Part shown: piece after piece, positions 11,905-25,369 of the stretch
Layout of the letters: the number at the start of each line of letters is the position of its first letter
How positions within the stretch are numbered: the stretch's first letter is position 1
DNA from: Octopus bimaculoides
Lineage: Eukaryota
Length of the DNA: 64,000 bases
Direction of reading: 5' to 3'
NCBI RefSeq assembly: GCF_001194135.2
Contig: NC_068997.1
Coordinates: 35,515,610 to 35,579,609, forward strand
Translations under genes and position numbers: made by a program
The notes under the pieces: model-generated
Told to the model about the DNA's origin: nothing
Database searches by the model: none
What the model saw: only the letters and a program-made list of their open reading frames with translations

Positions 11905-13191
11905 TTAAACTGTCAGGAAAGTTCTTGCGGAACTTTTAATTTTGGTTTTAAACGATGTATTTTCAAATTAATTTTCATTAAATTACTTTGACTTTATATA
12001 TCATTTTAAAGGCCGTTTTTCAATCTAATCGTGTTACTCTTTTTCTTTTTGAATAATCAGGCCATTTTTTCCCGAACGTTGAATACAACATGGATAAAAA
12101 GCAAATTCGCACAATTTTCTTATCCCAGTTCAAGCTAAACCAAAAAGCTGAAACAGCTTGCGATATCAACGATGTATTTGGCCCAAGTGCAACTAATGAA
12201 CGTACAGCACAATGGTGGTTCAAGAAATTTTGTAGCGGTGACGAGAGTCTTGAAGACGATAAGTGTAGTGGTCAGCCATCGGATGTTGACAACAATCAAC
12301 TAAGAGCTTTAATCGAAGCCAATCCACGCACAACTGTTCGAGAGCTTGCTTCTGAAGTAGACGTAACATATACGACAATTTCCAACCACTGGAAAGAGAT
12401 TGGAAAAACAAAATCACTTGAGAAATGGGTGCCACACAAATTGAACGACAACCAAAAAAAAAAGAAGAATGCTGTTTTGAAGTGTCATCTTCCCTTCTTT
12501 TACGCAACAAGAACGACCCGTTTCTCGACCGGATTGTGACTTGCGATGAAAAGTGGATTCTTTACGACAACTGGCGATGCTCAGCTCAGTGGTTGGACGC
12601 CAACGAAGCTCCATGGCACTTCCCAAAGCCAAAGTTGCACCAAAAGAAGGTCATGGTGACTGTTTGGTGGTGTGCGGCCAGTCTCATCCATCACAGTTTT
12701 TTGGATCCAGGCGAAATCATTACAGTGGAGAAGTACTGTCAACAAATGGATGAAATGCATAACAAACTCCAACAACAACAGCCAGCATTGGTCAATAGAA
12801 AAGGACCAATTCTTCTCCACGATAACGCTCGGCCGCACTTCACACAACTAACCCTGCAGAAGTTGAACGAATTGGGCTACGAAACTCTGCCTCATCTGCC
12901 ATACTCACCAGACCTCTTGCCTACCGACTACCACTTTTTCAAGTATCTTGACAACTTCCTGTATGGGAAATGCTTCAAAAACCAAGACAATGCCAAACAC
13001 AGCTTCAATGACTTCATCGCCACCTGAATGCAGGATTTTTACGCTACTGGCATAAATAAACTTGTTTCGCGTTGTCAAAAGTGTGTTGATTCTGATGGTG
13101 TTTATTTCGATTAATAAAGTTTTGTTTGAGCCGAGATATGTGCATCTGAATTTAAAGGTTAAAAACCACAAGAACTTTCTTGACAACCTAA
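11905..13191 (+). mobile_element. Hsmar1-like (cecropia-type) mariner, full length, 1287 bp, TA TSD
   Basis: TIRs ttaaactgtcaggaaagttcttgcgg and rc ttaggttgtcaagaaagttcttgtgg, with TA on both sides. Confidence 0.92.
12090..13114 (+). pseudogene. Mariner transposase (DD34D) with a frameshift in an A-run (~12460) and a premature TGA (13025-13027)
   Basis: MDKKQIRTIF..WWFKKF..WVPHKL / [50 protein letters not shown]. Confidence 0.92.
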
Positions 13192-13496
13192 TAGATGAAA
13201 GATTTTGCAACTTTTGAAAATGGATATATTTCTAAATCGTAATGCTCTGCCTTCATAGCCATGATAACAGCATGCCTCTTCATTTTCTGAGTCAGCTGAG
13301 GGTCTGCTATTATTATGTTCTGAAATAAAGATTATATAGTGTTAGCAAAAATTGCTGCAGTGACCAAGAAAAGGTATGTCCTCCAGTACCTTACGCACCT
13401 TGTATATATAATATCATCATCATTATCATCGTTAAGCATTTGGTTTCCATGCTGGCATGACATTGATGGTTTGACTGGATCTGATGAGTTGGGAGG

Positions 13497-13800
13497 ATTG
13501 TTGTTGTTGTTTGTTCCTTTTCGAGCCATGCCTGGCTCATAAGGGCCAGTTTCATTGGTGTATAGGTTCTCCACCTGGATGGGATACCGGTCCATCACAG
13601 ACGAGCTGCTAGATGCAGGAGGAAAGAGTGAGAAAAAGTTGTGGTGAAAGAGTCAGCAGAAGTTTACCATTATGTTCTGCCCGAGTTACATGGAGCTTAG
13701 GTGTTTCACTCATAAACACACACATCACCCGGTTTGAAATTCAAATCCACGATCCCTCGACCACAAGTCCACTGCTCTAACATACTAGGCCATGTGCCTG
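13497..13800 (-). mobile_element. tRNA-derived SINE family C with (AAC)n tail
   Basis: Reverse complement has head ggcacatggcctagtatgttagagcagtggacttgtggtcgagggatcgtggatttgaa. Body shared with 23338-23575. Confidence 0.75.
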
Positions 13801-14464
13801 GAAGGATTACATCTTGCTTATTTTGGCATGGTTTCTCTTAGGTGGTTGCCCTTCCTAATACCAAGCATTTTATGGACTGTACTGTGTGCTTTTTTCATGG
13901 CACCAACTGTGATGATTATGGGGAAGGAAGGGATTAGTGAAGGTGTTTTTGAGAAAAGAAGCAGATAACTGAAAAGATGATGGGGTGGGTTGTGTAACGG
14001 GGCTGTCTAAGGCTATCCAACATTATAAGGTACGAGTATGGTTAGGTGTGACAGAAAGGGGATAGGAAGGGAGCAGTTGTGTAGAGGAATCTAGAGAAAA
14101 TTATTGAAAGAAAGAGATGGGTATGTGGCAGTAGGCCAAAAGAGAAAAAGATGATAAGAGGTATTGAAGAGGCAGAGAAGTTATGAGAATGGGTAGTAAG
14201 AGAAGGAAATGCTGGAGGATACACTAGTGGTAAGAAGGAAGGGGAAGAGCAGTGTGTGAATGCTGCAAAAGCATTCAAAATGAGGAGATACTGAAGAAAG
14301 AGAGAGACAGTGGGTGGGTGTGAAAAAACAATGGGTGGATTCAGGGGAAGAAAGAAAGGCTAGAGAGTATCCTAGTGAGCTGGACAGGTAGTAAGATTAA
14401 GGTAACAGGAAACTTAAATGGCAGTAGAAAGTATGATGAAGAAATGGCTCTTAGAGGTGGAGAG

Positions 14465-16022
14465 ATGTATAAATACAGAGGTATCAAATTATTGGATCTG
14501 GTGATGAAAATTATGGAGAATGTCATAGCCTAACTAATTAGGAAGAGAGTTAGTCTAGATGAGATGCAGTTTAGTTTTGTGCCAGGGAGAAGCATTACTG
14601 ATGCTACCTTCCTGGTAAGGCATCTGTAGGAGAAGTGCTTAGCCAAAATTAAACATCTGTACTTGGCTTTTGTTGACATAGAGAAAGCTTTTGACAGGCT
14701 TCCCCTAATCTAGTGGTCAATGTAGAAACTAGGCATAGATGACTGATTGGTGAGAACTGTGCAGGAATGTTGTTAGTAAGGTGAGGGTTAGCAATGAGTA
14801 TAGCAAGGAATTGAGTGTACAAGTAGGAGTTCACCAAGATTCAGTCTTTAGTCCCCTCTCGTTCATCATTTTTCTCCAGGCAATAACAGGAATTTAAGTC
14901 AGGATTTTCCTGGGTGCTCTTCTATACTGATAATCTCGTTTTAATAACTGAATCACAACCAGAAATAGAGAAGAAATTCCAGGTGTGAAAGCAAGACCTG
15001 GAATGAAAGGTGGCCTTAGAGTTAATTTAGCAAAGACTAAAGTCTTAGTAAGTTGGAAAGCAGACAAATCGCAAATCCCTTCAGGGAGATGGCCCTGCTC
15101 AATCTGTAAAAAAGACATAGGTAGAAACTCAATAAGGTGTACCTAGTGCAAGCTATGGACACATAAGAGGGGCAACAATATCAAAGGAAGGTTAACAGAG
15201 AAAATAGTCCTTGTGTGTTGATGTACTAGTACAATAAGCACAAGAAATGTACAGAAAATAGACTCCATGAAATGGCAATGGGGATAATTAAAAATATTTG
15301 ATAGCTTTCTTTATTTAGGTGACCAAGTCAGCAATGGAAGTGGCTGCTCCAAGACTAGCTGCTAGATTAAGAATAGGCTGGGCAAAGTTCAGAGAGCTTC
15401 TACCTTTGTTGGCAACAAAGAGCCTTTCCCTCAGAGTGAAAGGCAGATTGTATGATGCCTGTGCATGAACAGCTATGCTACACTACAGTGAAACATGAAC
15501 TGTGGCTGCAGGGGACAAGAAATGAAGCTAGTAACTTTGCTGGATGTGCAATGTCATGACTGAGTAAGCATTTTGAGAGAAAAAAAAGAAGCATGAGATT
15601 TGGTGTGCAAGCGAGAAGATTGTGCTGGCATGCTCATGTGATGCATATGGATGAGGACAGCTGCATAAAGAAATGCCAAGCTCTGTGAAAGGAACCTGTG
15701 ATAGAGGTAAACCCAGGAAGACAAGGAATGAAGTGGTGAAGCTTGATCACAGAAGCAATGACAAATGATCGAGACCATTGGAGGTTTGCTCTGCTTGAGA
15801 AGATTCATCGGGCCAAGTGAAATTGCAGTCATGGACAGTGCTGGTGACACATAACCGGCACCCACTACATTCTTGGAGTGGTTGGTGTTAGAAAGGGCAG
15901 CTAGCTCTAGAAACCAAGCTAAAATCAAACTGGAACCTGGTACAACTCTCTGGCTTACCAGTTCTAGTCAAACCATCTAACCCATACCAGCATGGAAAGC
16001 AGATGCTAAATGATGATGGTGA
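14465..16022 (+). mobile_element. 5'-truncated degenerate RTE LINE (RT C-half plus 3' tail)
   Basis: Fragments YRGIKLLD, EMQFSFVPGRS.TDA.F and LYLAFVDIEKAFDR; ends with the RTE tail and gatgatggtgat. Confidence 0.88.
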
Positions 16023-16024
16023 TA

Positions 16025-16440
16025 TATCGTTACCATTTAACATCCAGTTTTCTAATCATGGGTCAGACAGAGTTTATTTGGAGCAAATTTTTGTATGCCT
16101 AGATGCCCTTCCTGTTGCCAACCCTCACCTATTTCCAAGCTAGGTAATATTTCCCCATAACCAGATATAGTTGTGCAGAATATTGGAAATGAGTAACATT
16201 ACTTGACATTGACGCTCATTCACAACTGTCATGATACCAAGATAAGGAGGGAGACCCACACATTTACACACATGGCAAGCATCTTTAAATTTTGGCCTAT
16301 CAAATTCACTCTCAAGGCTAGGCTTTGGTTGGTCTGGGGGCTATAGTAGAAGATACTTGCCCAAGGTATCACACTGAGACTGACCCGAGAACCATGTGGT
16401 TGGGAAGCAAACTACTTACTGCAGATGGTGACTTGCTGAT
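16025..16440 (-). mobile_element. Old composite SINE (same family as 4360-4735)
   Basis: gatgcccttcctgttgccaac RTE-tail motif, cacac tract, atacttgcccaaggtatc, gaaccatgtggttgggaagc head. Confidence 0.65.
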
Positions 16441-17078
16441 AACTTGTACATTTACTTCGTCCTAGAAATCTTCAAGAAGATTGACAATACTTCATAACCA
16501 ATTCTGAATTCATTCTACAAAATATTAAGACGCTGCATAGATAGAATTTTTGTCAGAAACTCTGTCAAAATCTCCATGAATTATCAAAATAAAAATTTAA
16601 GTTCCCAAATTACAGGGTAAAAAAAATTGGATTTTCTTAGAAAATAACATGAAGAAAAAAGGTGTTTGTATGCAATTTTTGTTTATTTAATTACTGAAAT
16701 TTATGAAAAGCTGGAACTTTTGAGGTAAGATCATTTGTGTTTTGTTTATAAGTAGTGGATTTCTGTGTAACAGTAAATGTAACCATGTGGTGTTATTTTC
16801 TTTAATTATAAACAGAAAGGTATCTCATACATATATCTGCAGATTTCCAGCAAAGCAATAATTAAGTCCATAATTAATTAACTACACATGTCTTCCACAT
16901 TTGTTTGGCGAAGCAGTAATTGAATGATTACAAATGCTTTTTCTTCCTGTCATGCTGAAAGACATCCATCTTTTGTTTATCTATCTGCTTATCTGTGTGC
17001 CTATCTGGCTGTATTTGCATACATATGTATTGTGTGTGTGTACATACATGTAAGTGTGTGTGTGTGTGTGTGTATACA

Positions 17079-20000
17079 CATCATCATTGTTTAACCTCTG
17101 ATTTCCATACTGGGATGGGTTGGATGATTTGACTGGGGACTGGCAAGCCAGGAGGCCGCACCAGGTTCCAATCTGATCTGGCAATGTTTCTACAGCTGGA
17201 TGCCCGTCCTAATGCCAACCACTCTGAGAGTGTAGCAGGTGCTTTTTACATGCCACCAGCATGGGAGCCAGTCAGATGGTACTGGCATCAGCCACAATCA
17301 TATGGTGCTTTCTACATGCTACCGGCACAGGAGCCAGTTAGGGCAAGGGGGCTGGCAATCACCACGTTCAGATAATACTTCTTATATGCCACCGGTACGG
17401 GGAGCCAGTCAGGCAGCACTGGCAACGACCTGTGCATGAATTGTGCTTATTGCATGCCACCAGCACAAGTGCCAGTCAGGCGGCACTGGCATCGGCCAGA
17501 ACTACAATTTCCATTTGATTGTGATTTGATTTGCGGTTTTGATTTTGATTTTACTTGACTCAATAGGTCCCCTCAAGCACAGCTTTTCACCCAACGATTC
17601 AAGGTACTATTTAAATGGGCTGGTTATGTGACACTGGTATAGGCTACAGCAGTGTTCTCACTTTACTTGCCGAGTCTTCTCAATCACAGCATATTTCCAG
17701 AGGTCTCAGTCTTTCATCATTAGCTCTGTGAGGTCCAACATTCAAAGGTCATGCTTTACTACGTCATCCCATGTCTTCCTGGGTCTCCCTCTTCCATGGG
17801 TTCCTTCCACTGTTAGGGACACTTCTTCACACAGCACATGACCATACCAGTGCCGTCAATTCTCTTGCACACCACATCTGATGCTTCTTATGTCCAGGGC
17901 GCTTACACTGTTGTGTGTGCACACTGATATTACACATTCAGCGGATCATACTAGCTTCACTTCTTTCAAGCCAACGCATGTCTTCAGCTGTCGCGTCCCA
18001 TGTTTCACTGCCATGTAGCATGGCAGTTCGCACACATGCATCATACAGTCTACCTTTCACTCTGAGTGAGAGGCCCTTTATCACCAGTAGAAGTAGGAGC
18101 TTTCTGAACTTTGCCCAGGCTATTCTTAATCTAGTGGTAATACTCTCTGAGCATCCACCCCCACTACAGACTTGGTCACCTAGGTAGCGGAAGCTATCAT
18201 CTATTTCTAGTTTCTTCCCCTGGCATGTGATGGAATCTGTTTTCTGAGCTTCTGCGGTGTTTATTGCCCCTGTGCACCTGCCGCACACAAAAGCTATCAT
18301 CCTGGTTAACCTTCCTTTGATATTGCTGCACCTCTTATGCATCCATAGCTTACACTGGGTACATCTTATGGAGTTTCTACAGATCAAGCAGGGCCAGCTA
18401 CCTGAAGGAGTTTGTGATGTGTTCGCCATCCTGCTTGCTAGGACTTTGGATTTTACAACATTGACTCTTAAGGCCCTTCTATTCTAACCATGCTTCCACA
18501 CCTGAAATTTCTATAGTTCTGGTAGTGATTCTGCTATGAGAGCAAGGTCATCAGCATAGAGGAGCTCCCAGAGGCAACCTGTCTTGAATTCCTCTGTTAT
18601 TGCCTAGAGGACTATGATGAATAAGAGGGGGCTGAGGGCTGATCCTTGGTGAACCCCTACTTCTACCCGGAATTCTTCACTATACTCATTGCCGACCCTT
18701 ACCTTACTAACAGCATCCCTGTACAGCTCTTATCAACCACTCGTCAATCTGCAGTTTCCACATCGTCCACCTGGATAAGGGATCAGGGGAGCCTGTCAAA
18801 GGCTTTCTCCAAGTCAAGAAAAGCCAAGTATAGGGGTTTATCTTTGGCTAGGTATTTCTCCTGCAGCTGTCTTACCAGAAATATAGCATCAGTGGTGCTT
18901 CTATCTGTCACAAAACTGAACTGCATCTCATCTAAGCAGACTCTCTCCCTAATTAGTTTGGCTATTACCCTCTCCGTGACCATCATCACCTGATCCAGCA
19001 GTTTGATACCTCTGTAATTATTTGTATTTAAAGCATCACCTTTACCTTTGTAGTAGTTGACTATGGTGCTACTACGCCAGTCATTGGGTATGACTCCTTC
19101 GTGAATTACCTGGTTTACAATACGAGTGAGTAGACCATAACCCACATCCTCAGATATTTTAAGCATCTCTGCAGTGATTCCTTAATTTCTTTATCTACCA
19201 GGGTGCTATCTATTTGGGTAGCTGGTCTCTCTACTGGGTCAACATTTGGCAGGCTCTCCTCCTCCCATTCATTCTCCACATTCAACAGCCTTTCATAATG
19301 GCTTCTCCAAGCCTCTTTCTTTTCCGAATCACTAAAAGCAAGTGCATCATCATACATGTGGACACAATTCTCTCCTCTGACATCACAATTTTCTCTCATT
19401 CACTGTCTTGCAATCCGAAATGCTTCAGTTCTTTGGTCCTCATGTCACTGAACATTGGCAAACTTCTCCTTTTCTGCTCCTCCCTTGGCTATGTATACCT
19501 GTCACCTAGCCTCCCTTCTGGTTATCTGGTAGAGTTCCCTGCTACCCCCACTCTTCCAGGTTTTCCAGGCCTGTTTCTTTGCTCTAATGGCCTTGTCTAC
19601 TGTATTATTCCACTACCATGTTACTCTAGGTCTGGAAGGGACTTTGCACCAGCCACAGATTTGGTCTGTGGGCTTAGTAGGCTATCCCATAGGAATTTCC
19701 AGTTACCCTCTATGTCCGAAGTCTGTAGCTCCTCCTCCCTCATCAAATTTCTCAATGAGGATGTCCCTAAATCTCTGACTATGTGAAAGGTTCTTTAGCT
19801 TCCAAGTCCTTCTTTTCTGGATTGGTCTGCTTCTTGGCATCCTTCTGGCCTCAAATCTAAAGTCGCTAATAACTAGTCTATGCTGGGGGTACATTCTTCA
19901 CCTGGGAGGGTTTTCGTATTTAAGAACAACCATGCATCCTGCTGTCTGGTGAGGATGAAATCAATCTGGCTTTCAGAGTTACCTGATTGATAAGTTATCA

Positions 20001-20690
20001 GGTGGCTGTCAGGCTTCCTGAAGTTAGTGTTGCAGATTAATAGGCTGCATACATCACAGAACTCCAGTAGCCTAGTTCCCTCTTCGTTTCAGGAACCAAT
20101 TTCATGGCCCCCGTAAACACCATGGAAGATACCAGATTGCCATCCGACATGCCCATTAAAATCTCCTGCCACAAAGATGAGGTCATTGCCAATCATCTTT
20201 GAAGTAGCCTGTAGAAGGGTATCATAAAAGTGGTCCTTCTGATTGTTTGGTAGGCCCGCTTGTTGGGCGTAGGCAGAGATAATTGTAGCTATACTATTCT
20301 GCAGGACTAGCCTGAGCTCAAGCACTCTATCACATACCCTGACTACCTCTATGACCTTATCCACCCATTTCTCCACAGGAGTATGCCTAGACCCCCTACT
20401 CCATCACTGTTACCTTCCCAGAAGTTTTTATACCTATGTGCCTTGCCTGTGAGGACCCTGGCTGAAGCTCTTCTCCACCTTACCTCTTGTATGCAACATA
20501 CTTCAACATGTCTCCATTCAAACATCTCTAAAATCTCACAAGTCCTACTTTTTAGTGTGTCTACGTTGACAGTGCCAACTCTAAAAACTGGGAAAGGAAT
20601 GTGGGAGGAGGCATGGGGAGGAGAGATGTTATTCAGTGCCTGAAATGAAGAAGGTTTTCTCGTTTGTTTGATAGACATGCTACACCTGTT
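17079..20690 (-). mobile_element. Near full-length degenerate RTE LINE (APE endonuclease plus RT)
   Basis: APE: RVGTVNVDTLK..CCIQEVRW, ISAYAQQ..GDFNGHVG. RT: YRGIKLLDQVM..MQFSF..DAIFLVRQLQEKY..FLDLEKAFD. Also a CxxC region, a 3' hairpin array and a (GAT)n tail at 17079. Confidence 0.93.
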
Positions 20691-21250
20691 CTCACTTTTG
20701 ACCTGTCATCATTCAAACATACAAGCATGTTAAGATTGTTGCCCCTACCAGGGATAGGAGTAGGTCCTAGCAGTGTTGTAAGTATAAGCAATATGGACAT
20801 CATAAAAATTGTTAATTTAAGCGTTACTGGTGTTACTGATATAAGTAAATAATTAAATAAAGATAGATGAGGAGAATATGAATATCAATATTCCAATGTT
20901 AGATTAAGTAGGTGGGCACCTAGACTAGTTGCATTTGTCCGAGGAAAGAGAGAGAGAAAAATTGCAGGTATGATGGAGGGTTTTTCTGTTGAGAGAAGAG
21001 AGGAAGAAGCATGCACCCATTAGCTTTCTCTTTCCACTTCAATACATGCATGAAAATTACCGAGTAATTTGTTGACAGATTTCAAGTGAAAACAAAAAGT
21101 AGGTGGGCAGCTAAACTAGTTGCATTTGTCCTGGGAGAGGGAGTTGCAAGTATGATAGGGGATACCACCTGTGAGGGAGGGGGTTTCCAGTGAGAGAGGA
21201 GAGATATCTGGTAATGGTGGTGGGGTGGGAATGGGCAGGTGCACCGCGTA

Positions 21251-22053
21251 CAAGCAAGGGTTAACTTAGAGAGATGGTACAAAAATATGTAGCCAACTTG
21301 AGATCACAGGAGTGTAGGAGAGATTTCATTTAGAAAATTACATGAAGAATTAAGGAGAAACGAAGGCTGAGAGAGAGATTAAGAAGTTATATATTGAAGA
21401 GTCAATTTAAATAATTAGCTTACGAAAGTAGAATATTAGTATACAATACATATAAAAAGTATTAATAGTGAATGAATGAGTGAAAAGATCGAAAAACCAG
21501 AGAATGCAATGCATAACTGGGTGTCAGAGAACCATCTATGTTGGAATGAGTTGCATGAAAAACGGAGGGAGTATGTGTGTAAGCTATTTTATAGATATGC
21601 TATGGCCAGAAGTGGACATTATGGAAGGGCGCTTTCTCTCTGGGCTGAAGACAATGGCAGTAACAGTAGCAGAGAATAACACAAGAGGCCATAGTGAGTG
21701 GGAAGGAATAAGAGAATAGTGTGAAAGTATTTAGCCAAAATGAAAAACAGAGGAAACAAGCAAGGGTTAATTTAGAGAGATGGTACAAAAATATGTAACC
21801 AACTTGAGATCGCAGGAGTGAAGGAGAGATTTCATTTAAAAATTACATGAAGAATTAAGGAAAAATGAAGGCTGAGAGGGAGAGAGAGGTTAAGAAGTTA
21901 TATATTGAAGAGTCAATAAAGTAGAATATAAAAAGTATTAATAGCGAATGAATGAGTGAAAAGGTCGAAAAACGAGAGAATATCTTAACTCAGCATTGCA
22001 TAACTGGTGTCGGAGAACCATTTATGTTGGAATGAGTTGCGTGAAAAACGGAG
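21251..22053 (-). repeat. Tandem ~506 bp monomers (about 1.6 copies) upstream of the RTE ORF
   Basis: caagcaagggttaa.. recurs at 21251 and 21757; tgagttgc.tgaaaaacggag recurs at ~21560 and ~22045. Confidence 0.8.
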
Positions 22054-22249
22054 AAATAAATATATATGTAACTTTACATCTTCACTAGAATTATCTCTAT
22101 GCCTATTATCTCTGTATTCTTATTACCTCTGTACACATAAATATACACATATCCTTCCATCTTTACCATAATTGTCTCTGTACTTTGAATTCCTATCTTT
22201 ATCACTCCCTCCCAGCTCTCCTCTCTACACCTCCATACAGATCACACAC

Positions 22250-25200
22250 CATGCAGAAGGAAGGGAATAGTACAGCAAAGATGTCAAGAAACTGGAACAC
22301 TTCCGAAATAGAACTATTCCTTGGAACTTGGGTAATAACCAAAAATGATCCTCCCATCAATGTTATTACAATGACCCTGAAAAGTGCTGGATTCAACAGG
22401 TCTGGAGCACAAATAGAGCAGAAGAAATGTTGAAGACCCAATAAGGAAGGCATGAAAAAGACTGTCATGAACAAAGATAGTCAAGTTCATGGAGATGGAG
22501 AAATTAAGAAAGGAAGGAACACAAAAGCTTCCAAGAAAACCAGCCTCCAACCTCACCTCCCAAAACAATGGAAAAGGTAAAGGAATTATGAAGCCAGTTG
22601 AAAGAGAGGCCAGAAGCAAAAAGGAAAAGAAATAGAAACAAGGTGTTACATGAAGCACTTACCATTTGTAAATTTGATGTAAAAGGTATCTGCTGGCATG
22701 GAGAGATGGGAACAAATTGCTGCTTTGCACAACCAAAGCTCAGGTAGAATTGTGCACATGGCAAAAGCACAACAAGATAGGACAAAACCATGCCCGGATG
22801 AACTCTTATCACACTACAGGCCTGCAATAAAGACCAAAAAACTTTATGCAAATGCAGTGCAAGCTGCAACCATAGAACAACAAACTTTTTTGAGTGTGGC
22901 TCAAAAGATGGTGCAGTAGCTGACATAGTTGCAAACACAACTAAGCCACACACACCCACATACAAGACTGCCACAAATAACAGACCCAGGATGGCTACCA
23001 TATCTGCAAAGCTGGCAATCATGCCAATTCTTCAAATAAATATTAAAAGCCTCCCACAAAGCAGCAGCAAGCACAAAATTGTGTACTGAGAGACCTTTCT
23101 GCATACAATTAAGCGATATGCTTTGCACTTAAGGACACATCTCTTTGGATATAAATGACACAGATGTACACATACCAATGTATGCTGTATTCCATGCAAA
23201 CAGAAGTGAAAGAAGTCATGTTTGAGTTGCATTGTACATCACTAACCCTATTGTTACATTCAAACTCTGTGACACACTCATAGTGTATTTAAAGCCACTT
23301 GATGTGTAATATGCACACTATATTGCCAATCATCATTGTGGAGGCGCAATGGCCCAGTGGTTAGGGCAGCGGACTTGCGGTCATAGGATCATGGTTTCGA
23401 TTCCCAGACCGGGCGTTGTGAGTGTTTATTGAGCGAAAACACTTAAAGCTCCACGAGGCTCCGGTAGGGGATGGTGACGAACCCTGCTGTACTCTTTCAC
23501 CACAACTTTCTCTCGCTCTTACTTCCTGTTTCTGTTGTGCCTGTAATTCGTAAGCGACGGAGTGCCAACAACAACATTGCCAATCAGGGTAAATTTCAAT
23601 AATAAAGGAATGTTCTTTCAAAACAGGATCAAAGTGTTAATATACTTCTGATGAGTGAATTCAACTTCCTCAACATCAGATGGCCTGAAGCCAACATAAT
23701 CAAAGAAGCCAACAAAGAGTATAATCAAGCAGAATCTCTACTTGACCTCACATGGAGCAAACAATACTCTCTCTAACTAGGAATGATAACATATTAGACC
23801 TCTGTTTCACCAACAATGTAGGTCTTATCCAAAACATGAAAATATCACTAACAATCTTCTCAGACCACATGATAGAACTGACGATTTATGGTCCAAAACC
23901 AATTAATGCTGTATTAAGTTTGTCCCAGAGAAGCGAGTAACCACATACAAAAACATCATTCCCCAAGACAGGAGAGTCCTTATGAGACAGAGAATAAAGA
24001 TCTCCAATCACTTAAAAAAACAGCTTAATGATAGCAAGAAATCCTTCCTCAAAGAGACATTTTTAGAGATCAAAAATAAACTCAGACTCCCCCATAAAAA
24101 GGAAAGGGTAGAAAGAGAAACCAGGGCAGTAGAAAATATAAAAATAAACCCCAAAGCCTCCTGCTAGTTTGCAAAAGAGTCTTTCTTGGTGCACTACAAG
24201 ATAGTTTGAAGACCCCAAGAGGATAAGTGAAATACTAAATAAGCAATTCCAGAGTGTCTCCACTGGGAAACATGCAGATAAGTGAGCCTAAAGAGTTTTT
24301 CAATACTGTAGACCTACATGGGGAAAAAGGCAACCATTGATTACACAGACATAAAAGAGGAAGATGTAATATTGACCATTGTTGAGATGAGCTCAGACTT
24401 GGCAATGGGTCTAAATGGATTTCTGGTGGTTCTCCTAAAACATGCAAGAAAGCTCTTGTAATACCACTGCAAATACTCTTTCAAAGTTTCCTTGCATGTG
24501 GTAAATCTCCCAAACTGTTAAAAGAGGCTATCACATGTTCTGTCTATAAAGGAGGAAACAGAGCAGATGCTAAAAATTACAGGTCTATCTCTCTGACTAC
24601 ACATGTTAGCAGGGCCATGAAATGCATTGTCAGAAGACTGATCATGTTCCTGGAAGAGAATAACTTGCTCACAAATACTCAACATGGTTTCCGCCCAAGA
24701 AAGAGCTGCTTCACACAGCTGCTACATTACGATTGGTTACTGAAACAGTAGCTTGTGGATATGATATATCTCAACTTGACCAAGGCCTTTGATGAAGTTG
24801 ATCATGGGATGATGTGTCACAAGCTATGTAACCTTGGTATCACTAGGAGAGTGGCTACATGACTTTTAAAAATACAGAAGTCAGACAGTTGCAGCCAATG
24901 GTGCTCTCTAGGGAGACATCAATCTGCAGTGGAGTTCCTCAGGGAACTGTACTGGGATGCTACTGTTTGTACAGTCAAGCCACTCTCACCATGTATGCTG
25001 ATGATACAAAAGTTTCACAGGTGGTCAAGGACCCTGATGATATTGTAAAACTGTAAAACAACCTGTGTGCAATATGCAAATGGGCTGATGAAAATAACAT
25101 GCAGTTCAATGCTGGTAAGTTTCAACCCACAAACAGACCACAATCGGAATATATAGGACCAGGGCCCAATGCAATCCCAGAGTTAGAATCGGTGCGTGAT

Positions 25201-25330
25201 CTGGTAATCCATATGAATAATGATAGAACATTCCATGTGTGTATTACCAAGATGGCAACATCGTGCAAGCAAGTAGCTTGATGGGTTCTGAGATTATCCA
25301 AAACCAGAAAGAAAGATGCCTTGCTACTCA
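22250..25330 (+). mobile_element. Degenerate CR1/Jockey-group LINE (ORF1 with CCCH-like fingers, APE remnant, RT)
   Basis: ICKFDVKGICWHGEMGTNCCFAQP (CCCH-like, ~22660), TRNDNILDLCFTNN..SDH (APE end), NYRSISLT, TQHGFRP.KSC, KAFDEVDH, SGVPQGTVLG, MYADDTK. Confidence 0.85.
23338..23575 (+). mobile_element. tRNA-derived SINE family C inserted in the CR1-like LINE
   Basis: A-box tggcccagtgg, B-box ggtttcgattccc. Candidate TSD attgccaatca at 23322-23332 and 23576-23586. Confidence 0.85.
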
Positions 25331-25369
25331 TAGAATATAAACTACATTTATCTGAATAGTTGTAATCAA

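Larger units (their letters stand above)
7155..13402 (-). mobile_element. maT/DD37D-type Tc1/mariner element fragmented by nested insertions
   Basis: Imperfect ~26 bp TIRs (cagggtgcataagatatttgaggaca at 7155; rc caaggtgcgtaaggtactggaggaca ending 13402), each flanked by TA. Transposase pieces lie in order on the minus strand: MKRHAVIMAMKAEH..KVAKSFI (13195-13290), YKVRKKLE..LFFSDKKNFNQDQKVNRKNGRWLC (11480-11900), FFPRGLKVNS..SAPSHK..PDLNPLAHYVWSVVE (7280-7740). Confidence 0.8.
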
